Assembly: GCA_032718475.1 (NCBI GenBank)
Contig: JAUCBJ010008860.1
Span: 1 to 64,000 of the forward strand
Reading direction: 5' to 3'
Origin: Nemertoderma westbladi
Lineage: Eukaryota > Animalia > Xenacoelomorpha
DNA: 64,000 nucleotides
A program made the position numbers and the translations under genes. A model generated the notes under the pieces. The model was not told the origin of the DNA, did no database searches, and saw nothing but the letters and a program-made list of their open reading frames with translations. Below, one piece after another: positions 46,511 through 57,512 of the stretch (within the stretch, counting starts at the first letter, position 1; each line of letters opens with the position of its first letter).

Positions 46511-48982
46511 CACCATTTCCTGGAATATAGTGTCGTTATTCAGGTACCTGGATATAGTGTCGTTATTCATGTACCTGCCCCCCCCCCCCCCCCCCAAAAA
46601 AAAAAATTATACATCTTAAATAATAATAATTAATGAGATTGCATGAAATTTGAAACAGAGATAGTTTCACTCAACTCCTTTTGGGTGGGGGAGCCAGAAT
46701 TGTTATTTTTGCGTTCGTTCTTTAGCTATAGTACAAGCGTTTAAAAAAGTGTCTCCATCGATATTGCACTCAGTTACAGGTAAAGCACAGTTATTATTCA
46801 CCCTTATAGTGATTGTTACTACTGGAAAGCTGGCCATGTAAGGATTTCAAATATGTAAAAATATTTGAATTTGGTTGGGAAATAGCTGAGATATGGGCAT
46901 TCGAATGTTGCATGTATTTACTTGCGCTGCTGGCCATTTATTCTATTTAATAAATGAATAACATTCTCAGTGGCGTGCCGAGGGGGGGGGGGGGGGGGGG
47001 TGGGGGTCGGCGGGGTCTATTGCTCCCGGGCGAAAAAAAATGGGGGACGAAAAAATGTAAAAACAGACAGATACAGTACAGTTGATGGATTTTAGGGGGC
47101 GATTTAGCTATCCTCACCAGCTTTAGCGCTGCACACACATTAACCAAACCCAAAAAATTGTTTTTCAATTAATTAGTCCTGTGTTATTTTGGTGTGCAAA
47201 AATATGGCTAGAATTGAAATCTGTATAGTATCCGTCAGTACCTGTGCCTGTACAGTACCATTGTACCTGTACATCACTAAATTGGGTGGCTATTAGCAGG
47301 GCCGGTGTAATGACTTGGCGGCCCGGGTGCACTGTTCCACAGCCGCACCCCCGCCCAGTATTTATATTATGTATTTTTCAACTTAATAAAATGAACTAAA
47401 TAAAACAAATGGAAAAATAAATTATAATTTTTTTCCCCATGTAATACGAAATTATTTTCTGAAAAATAGGTACTTTTCGTTGATTAACCCTATTTGGCCC
47501 GGGGTGGGCGGTGATTTTATAATTGTTTTGTAGTTTATATGTATTATTGAGTCAGATTTGTTTGTAAAACCGAGATGTCGTGACCTTTACTAAAATTTAT
47601 TAGGCTATCCAACAGCGAAAACGCTGTACATGTACATGTTTACTGTACATTAGGGTGGTCCTTATTTCAATGTAAGATTTAAAAGTTGTGGAAATTCTCC
47701 TCTGACCCCCCCCCCCCCCCCCCCCAAGTCCTTTCTTCTAATAAAAAAACACCTTGAGTAAAAGTTGAGCACAAATGATATATATTTAGAGGTAGCTCAA
47801 ACACCCTGAAGTTGAGCGTTTGGACACCATTTGATCGCGCGCGCAGAATATAATGGAGTTTGCTGATATGAAGGCTTCTATTTGTTGTACAGAGTTAATT
47901 TTAGGCTTATTTGAACCGCAATCATCGATTTAATGGGTGTAGATACCTTCAAAACAAGAGCTAAGCTAGTAGTTCTTGAGATATCACACAAAAGCTTATG
48001 GGTCGTGTACATGGCTATGTTAGTTTTCGTGTTGTGGTCCTTTCTGACACACATCTCCAGTATTTTTCGTGTTTAAATTTTCCAAAGTTTTTATAGTTCA
48101 CTAAAATTTATTTATTTGCGGTATATATCGGTTTTTTGGATGCTGATCAAGATTATAGAACTCAAATAAAACATTCGAGAAAATTATTTGTAATTTTAAA
48201 AGTGCGGGGCCCTGGGGCATGAAAAACAAGTAGTGGAAATATGATAATGAAAAATCACACGAATTCAACTTGATTTTATGACCAGTGTGTTTTTAGACAT
48301 GTGATATGACCATGTGATTTTAGGATGCTGATCACGAATATGACACTGAATGCACCTTATTGATTACGGCTTTTTTGGACGCGTGTTAATATGTGGCACA
48401 AAAAATACACGTAGCACAAATTTATAATGAAAACTCCAAATCAAACCTGATTTTATGATATTAGGGGTTTTCTGGGATTCTGATCACGAATATGACACTA
48501 AAATATAGGGCCGATCGTACAGTATTATCCAACCAAATTTGTTTTTGCCGTTTGAAATTTTACGCTACTTGTTTTTTTCGTCCCTCAGACAAGCACCAAA
48601 AATAATAGTTGTGTTACCATAAATTATTTTAACGAGTTGTATCGTGATCAGCATTTGTTATTTTTTTTTTTAATTTTAACTTGCAAAATTTGCAATTTGC
48701 AAATTTTTACAGTTTGAAAATGTTTTCTTCGGGGTGGGGGGCGAAAAATCCACTCTTGCCCCCGGGCGCACGAATGCCTCGGGACGCCCCTGTACATTCT
48801 GGAACATTTTGTTTATCTCATAAGTACTTAATAATACTAGTATATGGATATTCCTACATAACCAAAATGTTCTAGAACATTGTGTATTTAATTAATAAAT
48901 AGAATAAATAAGAAAATGGCCTGCGGCGCAAGTGAATAACGACATTATACAGGGATACAACTATATTCCAGGACATGGTGTA
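46511..48982. mobile_element. Second, partly deleted copy of the same fold-back MITE, split by a hAT insertion
   Basis: 46511-46967 matches the left arm of the 45510 element; the sequence resumes at 48801 (ggaacattttgttta) and ends ...tatattccaggacatggtg. Confidence 0.75.
46968..48792. mobile_element. Non-autonomous hAT-type element with further nested fragments
   Basis: TIRs cagtggcgtgccgagg / cctcgggacgcccctg; 8-bp TSD aacattct (46960-46967) / tacattct (48793-48800). Confidence 0.8.
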
Positions 48983-49039
48983 TACAATATAAACCAGTAA
49001 AGCCTACTGCAGTACTGCAGGTACTGCCGCGGAAGAGTC

Positions 49040-49480
49040 CCACAAGAAATGAAAACAAATAAGTTGGTGCCAGTTCCCAAGAAGGGCAACCTAACACTCT
49101 ATGGTTCTTTTCGGGGAATCTCATTGATCTCGATTGCTGCAAAGCTATACAATAGGATTCTATTAAATCGCATCAGGGATCCCATTGAGAGACTGCTCCG
49201 TGGAAATCAGAATGGGTTCCGTAAAGGTCGTGGGACCATGGAGCCCATTTTGGCACTTAGAAGGATAATTGAAGAGTTATCAAAAAAGAAAGACAGGCAT
49301 CTGGCTGTTATCTTTGTTGACTTCTTCAAGGCCTTTGATTCAGTCTCTCGCTCACGTATGTTCAGCATACTTTCATTATATGGGATTCCTGATGAAATTA
49401 TTGCAGCAATCAGATCAGTAAACGATGGTTCGACAACATTTGTGTCTACTGTTGACGGTGACACAAAACCATTTGAAGTG
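49040..49480 (+). pseudogene. RTE-clade RT fragment
   Basis: PVPKKGNL...FRGISLISIAAKLYNRILLNRI...QNGFRKGR...FVDFFKAFDS...YGIP, similar to but diverged from the RTE at 12452. Confidence 0.85.
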
Positions 49481-49887
49481 TTATGGCTGTATGGGGCGTG
49501 CTTAAAGAGCTGTACATTAAATTATCCAATTCCTTTTGTAACTAACTGGGCAGAATGTTGGGCACCTTAAGATGCGCCTTTGCTTGAAAGCTATGCAGTA
49601 TGCAGTTCGACAGCAATCAATTAATTTTAAACCAATAAACCTTACAAAATGACAATAAAACCTATAAAATATAGAAATGGGTCGTGTACCTAAGGCAACC
49701 TGTAGTCTTTGTAAATCTTGTAAACAAAATGATATTTTAATTTCATCAAATCTGGTTGTATTATATTATTATGCAGAGATATGGCACCAAAACAAAGTTA
49801 CAATATTTAGTCAGCTGGCTGAGTAACAACAATACAAAGTCTCACTGAATTAAAACCGCATTAAGGTATGCCATTATTCTACTACAT

Positions 49888-51693
49888 CTAATCGCTATCG
49901 AATGATTTCTTTGTCCCCTGGTAGGTCTGTATCCCGACCTTCTGTCTGGGTGTCCCGGCGCCCCGTCCGCCCCTGAACCCGCCTCCTCTGTCCCCCCTAC
50001 CGCGCCCGCGCCCACCGAACCCACCCCGCCCACCACCTCGCCCTCCATCATCCCGTCGCGGCGTCTTCATCTCCACCCGAACTCGCGTCCCATCGATCTC
50101 GCATCCCTGCCCGACTCCGTCCAGCGCGCGGCGAGCCTCGCTGCTGTCTGAGAAGTCTATGAACGCCATCCCCGGTCGACTGGGGTCCTGGTTCAATATC
50201 TTTACCGACGAACAATTCGGGAACTTCTCGTACAACATATCGTCGGTTGTTCCCTGAGAGAGTCCGAACATCTTGAGACTGTTTGTGTCGTCTGATCCTC
50301 TGGAGAAGCCACCCCGTCCCCGACCGCGGTCCCCACCGCCACCTCGACCGAAGTCGCCGCGTCTCGGCGTCATCATCTTAACGTCGACGGAATGACTGTC
50401 GATCTGGAACCCGTCCGGGAGGCCGTTAAGGACCTTCCTAGCGGTGGCGGCGTCCGGGAAGTTCACGAAGGCCATAGCGGGACGAGTCGGGTCGTTATTG
50501 AAGACTTTAGCGCGCGTGCACCCGGGGAACTTCTCATAGAGAGCGTCCTCGGTGCAGTCGACCGGGAGGCCAAACAGCTTGAGGCCGTCGGTGTCGTCGT
50601 CGTTCCCGAAACTCTCGTTGAACCCGGAACGATTCGCGGCCACCACGCCACGTCCCGCTCCGAACGGGAACTGGGGTTTCTTAGCGACGACTTCCATCGC
50701 TTTATTGTGGAACTCCATGGACCAGTTGTAGGAAGTAACGGGCTGCTCCTTGAACTCAGCCATAGCGCTATCGGCGTCCGCCTGACTGGCGAACTGCGTT
50801 AGAACGCCGTCCTCCTGCCACGGGTTGCACTTCTTACAACTTATTCCTTTACTCTCCAAAATCAACCGCATTTCTTTAGAGAATGATTTAACCCTCTGCG
50901 GCTTCCAGATTATTTCAACTGGTTTCTCAACTATACTTTCTTTTACACTTTCAACTGCTTTGCTAGTTGGCACTTTGTCTTCTTCACTGGACGAATCTTC
51001 GGAATCCTCTTCCATTTCTTCATCTTGTTGTTTTCCATTGATTTTATTATCATCTTCATCAGAATCGGATTCATCATCTGATGATTCAGATTCAACGGTT
51101 TTCTTAGGAACCGCAGGTTTACTTAACTTCCCATTGTCAATGTTTGGTTTAACATTCTCAGCTTCATCAGAATCGGAATCATCATCTGATGATTCAGATT
51201 CAACGGTTTTCTTAGGAACCGCAGGTTTACTTAACTTCCCATTGGCAATGTTTGGTTTCACATTCTCAGCTTCATCATCAGACGACTCAGTGTCATCGCT
51301 ATTCTCACTGTCTCCGTCCTTCGCAACGGGAACTGGATTCGGTTTACTTGCTGTTTTATTAGATTGTTTGACCTTCGGGGGTTCGTCCTCGTCTGAGCTA
51401 GACTCCTCGGATTCCGACGAATCCTTAGTCGGTTGTTTCACTAACGATTGTTGATTAGGCCTAGCCGGTACCGGTACTACCGGTTTCGACTCCCGAATTA
51501 TGATGTCATCACCGGAAGAAGATTCCTCCGAGCTGCTATCCTCCGGAGTTGGCGGTCGTTTTACTTTTTTACTCCGTTTCGCTTTTTTATTCTGCGATTC
51601 CAAATCAGATGTATTAACATCGAGTTTACGTTTTTTAGGACTACCGGTTATTGCGGGTGACGGTGTTGGCTTTTCCTTCTTACTTTTAACCAT
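49888..51693 (-). CDS. NCL: Nucleolin-like (nucleolin/Nsr1/Gar2 family) RNA-binding protein, 601 aa, intronless
   Basis: MVK start; basic tracts alternating with Ser/Asp/Glu acidic tracts; two clear RRMs (LKLFGL...AMAFVNF; LKMFGL...GMAFIDF); RGG tracts; family-typical C-terminus YQGTKKSFDSD. Confidence 0.85.
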   Translation of the reverse strand: MVKSKKEKPTPSPAITGSPKKRKLDVNTSDLESQNKKAKRSKKVKRPPTPEDSSSEESSSGDDIIIRESKPVVPVPARPNQQSLVKQPTKDSSESEESSSDEDEPPKVKQSNKTASKPNPVPVAKDGDSENSDDTESSDDEAENVKPNIANGKLSKPAVPKKTVESESSDDDSDSDEAENVKPNIDNGKLSKPAVPKKTVESESSDDESDSDEDDNKINGKQQDEEMEEDSEDSSSEEDKVPTSKAVESVKESIVEKPVEIIWKPQRVKSFSKEMRLILESKGISCKKCNPWQEDGVLTQFASQADADSAMAEFKEQPVTSYNWSMEFHNKAMEVVAKKPQFPFGAGRGVVAANRSGFNESFGNDDDTDGLKLFGLPVDCTEDALYEKFPGCTRAKVFNNDPTRPAMAFVNFPDAATARKVLNGLPDGFQIDSHSVDVKMMTPRRGDFGRGGGGDRGRGRGGFSRGSDDTNSLKMFGLSQGTTDDMLYEKFPNCSSVKILNQDPSRPGMAFIDFSDSSEARRALDGVGQGCEIDGTRVRVEMKTPRRDDGGRGGGRGGFGGRGRGRGDRGGGFRGGRGAGTPRQKVGIQTYQGTKKSFDSD

Positions 51694-52021
51694 TTTGGTG
51701 GAATGTTCTGTCAGTGTTCAGCTTGGAGGTTGCGTGGGTGGGTATTTGTTTCTACCGACAATAGTACTGTACAGCTGTAGTACATGTAGTAGTACACACA
51801 CAGTAGTCCAGTAGTCAGTGTGCTTGTGCTGTGAATCCGGGGGTGTGTTGATGCTGTTGATGTGTCAACTGCCTGACAGCTATACTGGGCTGTGATGTAG
51901 TGGTCTACCTACAACTGACCTCTGCTGCTCTGGCAGTCTGGGTGTTATGTTATGTTGTATTACAGTGTTATGTTGTTATATGTTATTAATGTCGCCAGAA
52001 CAATAATAAAATCAATTGCAC

Positions 52022-52346
52022 ATAATAATAATAATAATAATAATTTCTTTTATTCTCAAACTCGACATACAAAGTAAAAAAAGGGGCGGTTAACGTGAAG
52101 GCAAACAAACTGATAATTGCGAGAATAAGTGTCAACATCAAAAGCCTGTCTTAGACAGGTTAGTACTTAGATACCGTACCAATACACTAAGTACTTGTAT
52201 AATTATTTATATAAATTAAAAATATATTGTTACTACAAAAACCAATACAATTACATAAACCAAACAGAAGCACATCTGGTAAAGTACGCTAGTGAGCGTA
52301 TAGAAATTATAAAGAAAGTATATGCTAATGCCCATACTGTACGCAT
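52022..52346 (-). mobile_element. Probable 3' end of a LINE/SINE ((ATT)n tail), interrupted by BEL element 2
   Basis: Minus strand AATAAA followed by (ATT)7 ending at ~52022; the sequence is cut at 52346 by the LTR. Confidence 0.4.
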
Positions 52347-52669
52347 TGTAAAAGCTTTTGCGTAATTAGCCGGTTATTTTCCCGTAAAGTACTCTGTAGT
52401 TGGTTTACCAGGCATAAAAAGGCCGTGTCCTTACTGTACTGGTGTTTTAGAGGACATAAAAGTCATTTCTTCTGTATGTGTACTTTAAAGGACATAATCC
52501 GTAATTTCGTGACGCAATAGCTGGATACTCTTGAAAACAGTGGCGCTACCATGACGACGGCTAGCAGCTGATATTGCCACGTCGACAGTTCTTTGTTTCT
52601 TTGTTCTCTCGTTGTTCGGTTGACCAATCAGAGCGTTTGTTGTCTCTGTGTTGGAGGTGTATACAGAGG
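52347..52669 (+). repeat. 5' LTR of element 2 (minimum extent; true 3' end not determinable)
   Basis: No mismatch seen by eye against 63678-64000 over 323 bp; starts TGT. Confidence 0.93.
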
Positions 52670-53801
52670 CTCAGTAGTTCAGTGTTATGTTTTTGCCCAG
52701 AACCTAAGAACCGGCTTTTGGTACCTCCGTGTTTTCAGTTTTTAGTCTTACACTAGTAGGCTTAATTATAAGGACATATATCCGTTATCATACCATAACA
52801 TAACTTACCATACCTAATCAAACAACCTGTGCATACTTTTATATTGTTATACTGCTATTTACTGTCAGTTCTTCATAATATGGTTGATGAATTATTATAT
52901 TTGGAATAACGATAAATAACCCCGAAAACCCAATATTCTTGATATACCGAAGGTAAGAGAGAAAGGTTACATATAACGATTGTGACTTATGTTAAAGTGG
53001 TTTGAAGTGAATCTAATGTTATTTGATAGACCCTACATGATTCGGTCCGTGTTCCTTTTATATGTGACTAAAATCAGTGAAGATCGGCAGATCAGTGTGC
53101 AGTATTGTGCAGCATTGTGTATGAGTGAGACTGATAACGAAGCATTTCCTAAAGAATGCGCCATATATGTGAATTGTAACTAAGCCATATCGTTGTGAGT
53201 AGTTTAAGTCATAACTCTGTTTATATAGATAGAGCGCCACGTCCTAAAGGAACTGTTAATATTCCCCGAAGGTGAATAATATTGTCAGAGATTATATAAT
53301 ACTGTCAGTCGAATAATACATTAGGCTTACATAGCAATACGATTAAGCCGTCGAACCCAATCTCCCGGGTATATCCAGCGGGTGAATGATCGCGCACCGA
53401 TTGGTTTCGACTAGTGTAGTGAATCAAATACTTGTCAGAGGCTAAAAGTGATTTATTATCTAGAAGACATCCTAATTTGGCGGGTTAAACTGCCAAAGGT
53501 CTGAAAGCGCGAACAATAACGGATATTGCTTCTGTATTGCAGTAGGCAATAAAGCTGAAGTACCGGCAACCGGTGCCCAGTAGGCCTGACTACCTAACCA
53601 CCCGGACCGGTACCTACAGCAGTACAGGTACAGCAGTATTATTCGATTTTGATAATTATATACCGGTAGGCCTTAATAATTAATCAGGGAGGGCCCGCCC
53701 TGGTTTTTTATTGAGATTTTTACTTATTTCTGTCAAGTTTTATTTGTTTGTAGGCCAGTATTGAACAGAAGGCGTGTAAGCCTGATCAGATTGTACAGAC
53801 A

Positions 53802-54372
53802 ATTTGTAGGCTGAGCTGTTGTCTGATTGTTGTTAAGTCTGAACGGATTGCAGTGTGTGTAGATCACCTGTCCGATAAAGAACGGTTAGGAAGTAGGGGC
53901 AGCCAATGCTGTAAGGTAAACCCCCAACTAAAGAATAAGTCGTACTACTGGGTTAGAACGCATACTACCTAATCATTTCGGAGTCTGCATGTCCTGTAGT
54001 TTATTTAGGCTTGAGAGTAGTCTGCCATCGTTTAGTCTGTACTTTGTTTGTGTAAGTCTGTACGGGTAGCGTATAATATTTATTTAGATAATTTGTAGGC
54101 TGGATAGTTGTCTGGCTGTTATTAGGTCTGAACGGATTGCAGTGTGTGTAGAGCCCCTGTCCGATAAAGAACGGTTAGGAAGTAGGGGCAGCCAAAGCTG
54201 TAAGGTAAACCCCCAACTAAAGAATAAGTCGTACTACTGGGTTAGAACGCATACTACCTAATCATTTCGGAGTCTGCATGTCCTGTAGTTTATTTAGGCT
54301 TGATAGTAGTCTGTCAGTGTTTGGTCTGCATTTTGTTTGAGTGGTTTGTACGCGTAGCGTAATATTTATTAT
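53802..54372. repeat. ~289-bp tandem duplication in the element 2 leader
   Basis: Copies start atttgtaggctg at 53802 and 54091; long identical core ctgtccgataaagaacgg...tttatttaggcttga. Confidence 0.92.
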
Positions 54373-55693
54373 TCAGAGTTTATGCGATTATTCGCAACAT
54401 TCATTCCCCAAGTTTGTTCCTACAATAATTGTGTTTGTTATACATACCGCTATAGTTAAATTAACCCCGGTACTACACGGGCTGCTTGGCGTAGGTAAAG
54501 ACTGGTGATTTTGTGCACCGGTCACTCCAGCAGATGCCGTGGTTCTTTTAGCTGTTCAAGTATATTTAACTACTGATTATGTTGTACAAGTACTCGTACC
54601 TAATTTAGGGTTTAGTGTACAGTGCTTTCCGAGAGTAATTAGTGTAGGCATTATATTTGTGTTGTAAAGTGGTTGATAGGCACTTTCGATTAGCTCTATT
54701 AACTTCTAGGTAGGAACACTCTGTGATACATAACGTAGTACCTATAGCGATACGGCTATAGGTCGTCAGGCGGTGGTATTTTCCTATCTGGACAACGCAG
54801 TGTATTTACTACTACGTATTATTTTCAAATACCGCAGTACCCTGTCCGTTGTAATAACCAGATTCTAACCCTTTGTTAGGCTGGTTTGTAGACTTCTTGT
54901 AAAATTACCCTGAAAATTCGTATTTTGTGTTTTTGTAAATTTTTGTGTTTGTTTAGAGATTGTAATCTCACCCGAATTGTACGTAATTTGTAGTATTAAG
55001 TAACTTAGGTAAATTAGCATTATTTGTTTTAGTGTCCTATAAGTAACACTTCACTGAAAGCGCACCGCTTTGTGTAGTGATTACTCCCCAGAAATAATAA
55101 CATTTATTTCAAACATTGACAAAACCCATTTCAACGGGTATATATATATTATAAATCAACTCTAACGATTTATAAATAGTAGGCCTGCCATACACCCATT
55201 AGGTCTCAATATCAGTTGGACTACTGCTCAAATAACGGTAATAAAGTAAGTAAAGTAACCAAGTAACCCTAAAATTCAGAAATTCAATTATTTAAAATAA
55301 TTGATATACCGGTATTTACGATAGGCCTATTATCTTTATTTCTATAAATTTAGGCTGAAATTATACCGGTACTTTATAATTAATTCTAGTCCAGAATTAT
55401 ACTTATATATACTACAAACTGTAAGCTGTATACCGGTATTCCCGATAGGCCTATTATATATTTATATATATTTGTGCTAAAATTATACCGGTATTCTGTG
55501 ATAAACCTAGTCTGTAATAATACTTATATAGTTATATATACTATAAGCATACCGGTATTCTAATATATTATATATATCACGCTGCACTGAGTAGCAGTAC
55601 CGGTAATTAATTACTAGGCTAGCAGTTAATACTGAGTTACTAGACTTGCTCAGACTGTAATACAGCAGTAGACATTCAACTGTACACATAAAC

Positions 55694-57460
55694 ATGTCTG
55701 ATACTAAGCAGAACCTGTCAGACAGTTTATTAGATGTAACTATCTGCGACTCAGATAGAGGCGTAGAACCGTCTAGTCGTAAGTTCAGTTCACCTCCCAC
55801 TGTGAGGAAGGTCATCCCTCCTGTAGTAATAACAGAACCTAGGCTGGTCCAACATCGTAGGTCTATCATAGGCACTCGAGCTCAGGTCAAGCGGGACCAA
55901 GAAGCAGCAGAACAGCAACAACCCGCGAGCCAAGAACTTACTTCTCAACGGCCCAACAGCTCCAGTAGTGAGGATACTGTAGTACTGACACCAGAACGCG
56001 GAGCAAAGATGATGGATGCGGTTTATTCGGATCCCCTTCTCATCCTTCCTGCAGCCGTACTCACTAGGTTATTGATTGCGGTGGAAGAACACCAGATCGA
56101 TTGGGCGAGAAGTCAGCGATCAACTAGAGATAGTTATGCGGGATACACGAGGGAAGAACTGAAGTCTATTGTCGAGTCGCAATGGAACTTCCCCGGACCC
56201 GGACTCCCGTTTGATTTATCAGAAGCTGCCTGGGAAGACATACACCGGATGGGAGTAGCCAAAGAAACCATAGATCCCGCTGTGTGGAAGAGGTCCGCAG
56301 CCGGATACGCACAGGGATTCTTCAGCTCTATGGAGCGAGTAAAAGGACAACTGTTTCAACAACCACAAGGACCTCAAGAGCAGGGACAACTGCTTTATCA
56401 AGTTAGAGAAAGAATTCTACGAATCAGGCTAATATTATCGGCCTTTGAGGAGGCTTCTAAACGAAGGCAAGACACGTCGTTGCAAGTTGCCGTAAAGACT
56501 TGGTTTCAAAGGGTGAGTCTCCAGGTTCAAGGAACAGCTCAGTGGAAAGCTCAGCTAGAGGAGCGCTCAACCCATGGAGAATCAACAGACGCTACTTTTT
56601 CCCAAGTGGAAAGTGAAGCGACGGCAGAGAAACCGCATAAGAGGGATGCCATTGACATCTATCTGTCAGACTATCAACGTTTTTTAGGTGATGACGAGTT
56701 GAGGAGAAGGTTAGAGGGACTTAGCCCTAATAGTGAAGGAACCAAGCTTGTGTTGGAGGCCATCGATGTGGAAATGAGGGCTGCGAACCAGGCTAAATTT
56801 GATGAACAACTCCGCATCACCAGAGTCCAAGAAGAACAAGTAAAGAAAAAACGTATAGAAGACAGAAAGGCAGCGGCAGTAGCAGCAGCAGTGGCAGCTG
56901 CAGAAGCAGAAAGAAAAGAGGCAGCGGCAGAGGCAAAAGTGGCAGCGGCAGAGGCAAAGGCAGCGGCCGAAGCGGAAAGAAAAGTGGCGGAGGCAGTGGC
57001 AGAAGCAGAACGGAGAGCGGCTGAAGAAACCACCCAATTAGAATTGGAAAACATTCAGGAGAATCAAGACTGCATAAATAAACAGTTAACAGCTAGTAAT
57101 ATGCAGATGATGAATCGATCTACTCCCAAAAGGCAGGGATATACATCATCTGAGGAAGGCGATACCACCGATACTGAAGGCAAAGGAAATAGATCTCGTC
57201 TAAGCAGACGTAAAAGAACATTCCACCGTCAGAAATTGCCTGATTTGCCTCCAGCTGTTAGAAGGCAACTAAATAACACCAACTTAGGTAGTACAGAACC
57301 CACAGACCAAATAATTAAAATAGAAAGACTCCCTACTATAGTAGATGAGCCTGAAATAATTAGGCCTGTTCTCGAAATCACCCCTTCGGTGATAGACACA
57401 CCTGTACTCCCTGAAGTTACCTCTAAATTCCCTCTGCATAGCACTAAGCTACTGCCGTAG
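55694..57460 (+). CDS. Element 2 ORF-A: N-terminal Gag extension (helical/coiled-coil, Ala-Glu-rich)
   Basis: 588 aa; MSDTKQ...ICDSD start and AAAEAERK tract parallel the N-terminal part of the element 1 polyprotein. Confidence 0.8.
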   Translation: MSDTKQNLSDSLLDVTICDSDRGVEPSSRKFSSPPTVRKVIPPVVITEPRLVQHRRSIIGTRAQVKRDQEAAEQQQPASQELTSQRPNSSSSEDTVVLTPERGAKMMDAVYSDPLLILPAAVLTRLLIAVEEHQIDWARSQRSTRDSYAGYTREELKSIVESQWNFPGPGLPFDLSEAAWEDIHRMGVAKETIDPAVWKRSAAGYAQGFFSSMERVKGQLFQQPQGPQEQGQLLYQVRERILRIRLILSAFEEASKRRQDTSLQVAVKTWFQRVSLQVQGTAQWKAQLEERSTHGESTDATFSQVESEATAEKPHKRDAIDIYLSDYQRFLGDDELRRRLEGLSPNSEGTKLVLEAIDVEMRAANQAKFDEQLRITRVQEEQVKKKRIEDRKAAAVAAAVAAAEAERKEAAAEAKVAAAEAKAAAEAERKVAEAVAEAERRAAEETTQLELENIQENQDCINKQLTASNMQMMNRSTPKRQGYTSSEEGDTTDTEGKGNRSRLSRRKRTFHRQKLPDLPPAVRRQLNNTNLGSTEPTDQIIKIERLPTIVDEPEIIRPVLEITPSVIDTPVLPEVTSKFPLHSTKLLP

Positions 57461-57512
57461 AACTGCCCAGGAGACAGTTCAGGTCCTGGACCCCGAGCGA
57501 AATATTCCTGAT

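Noticed and set aside
50392-51814. Plus-strand ORFs overlapping the nucleolin-like gene
   Set aside because: Antisense shadows of a low-complexity CDS.
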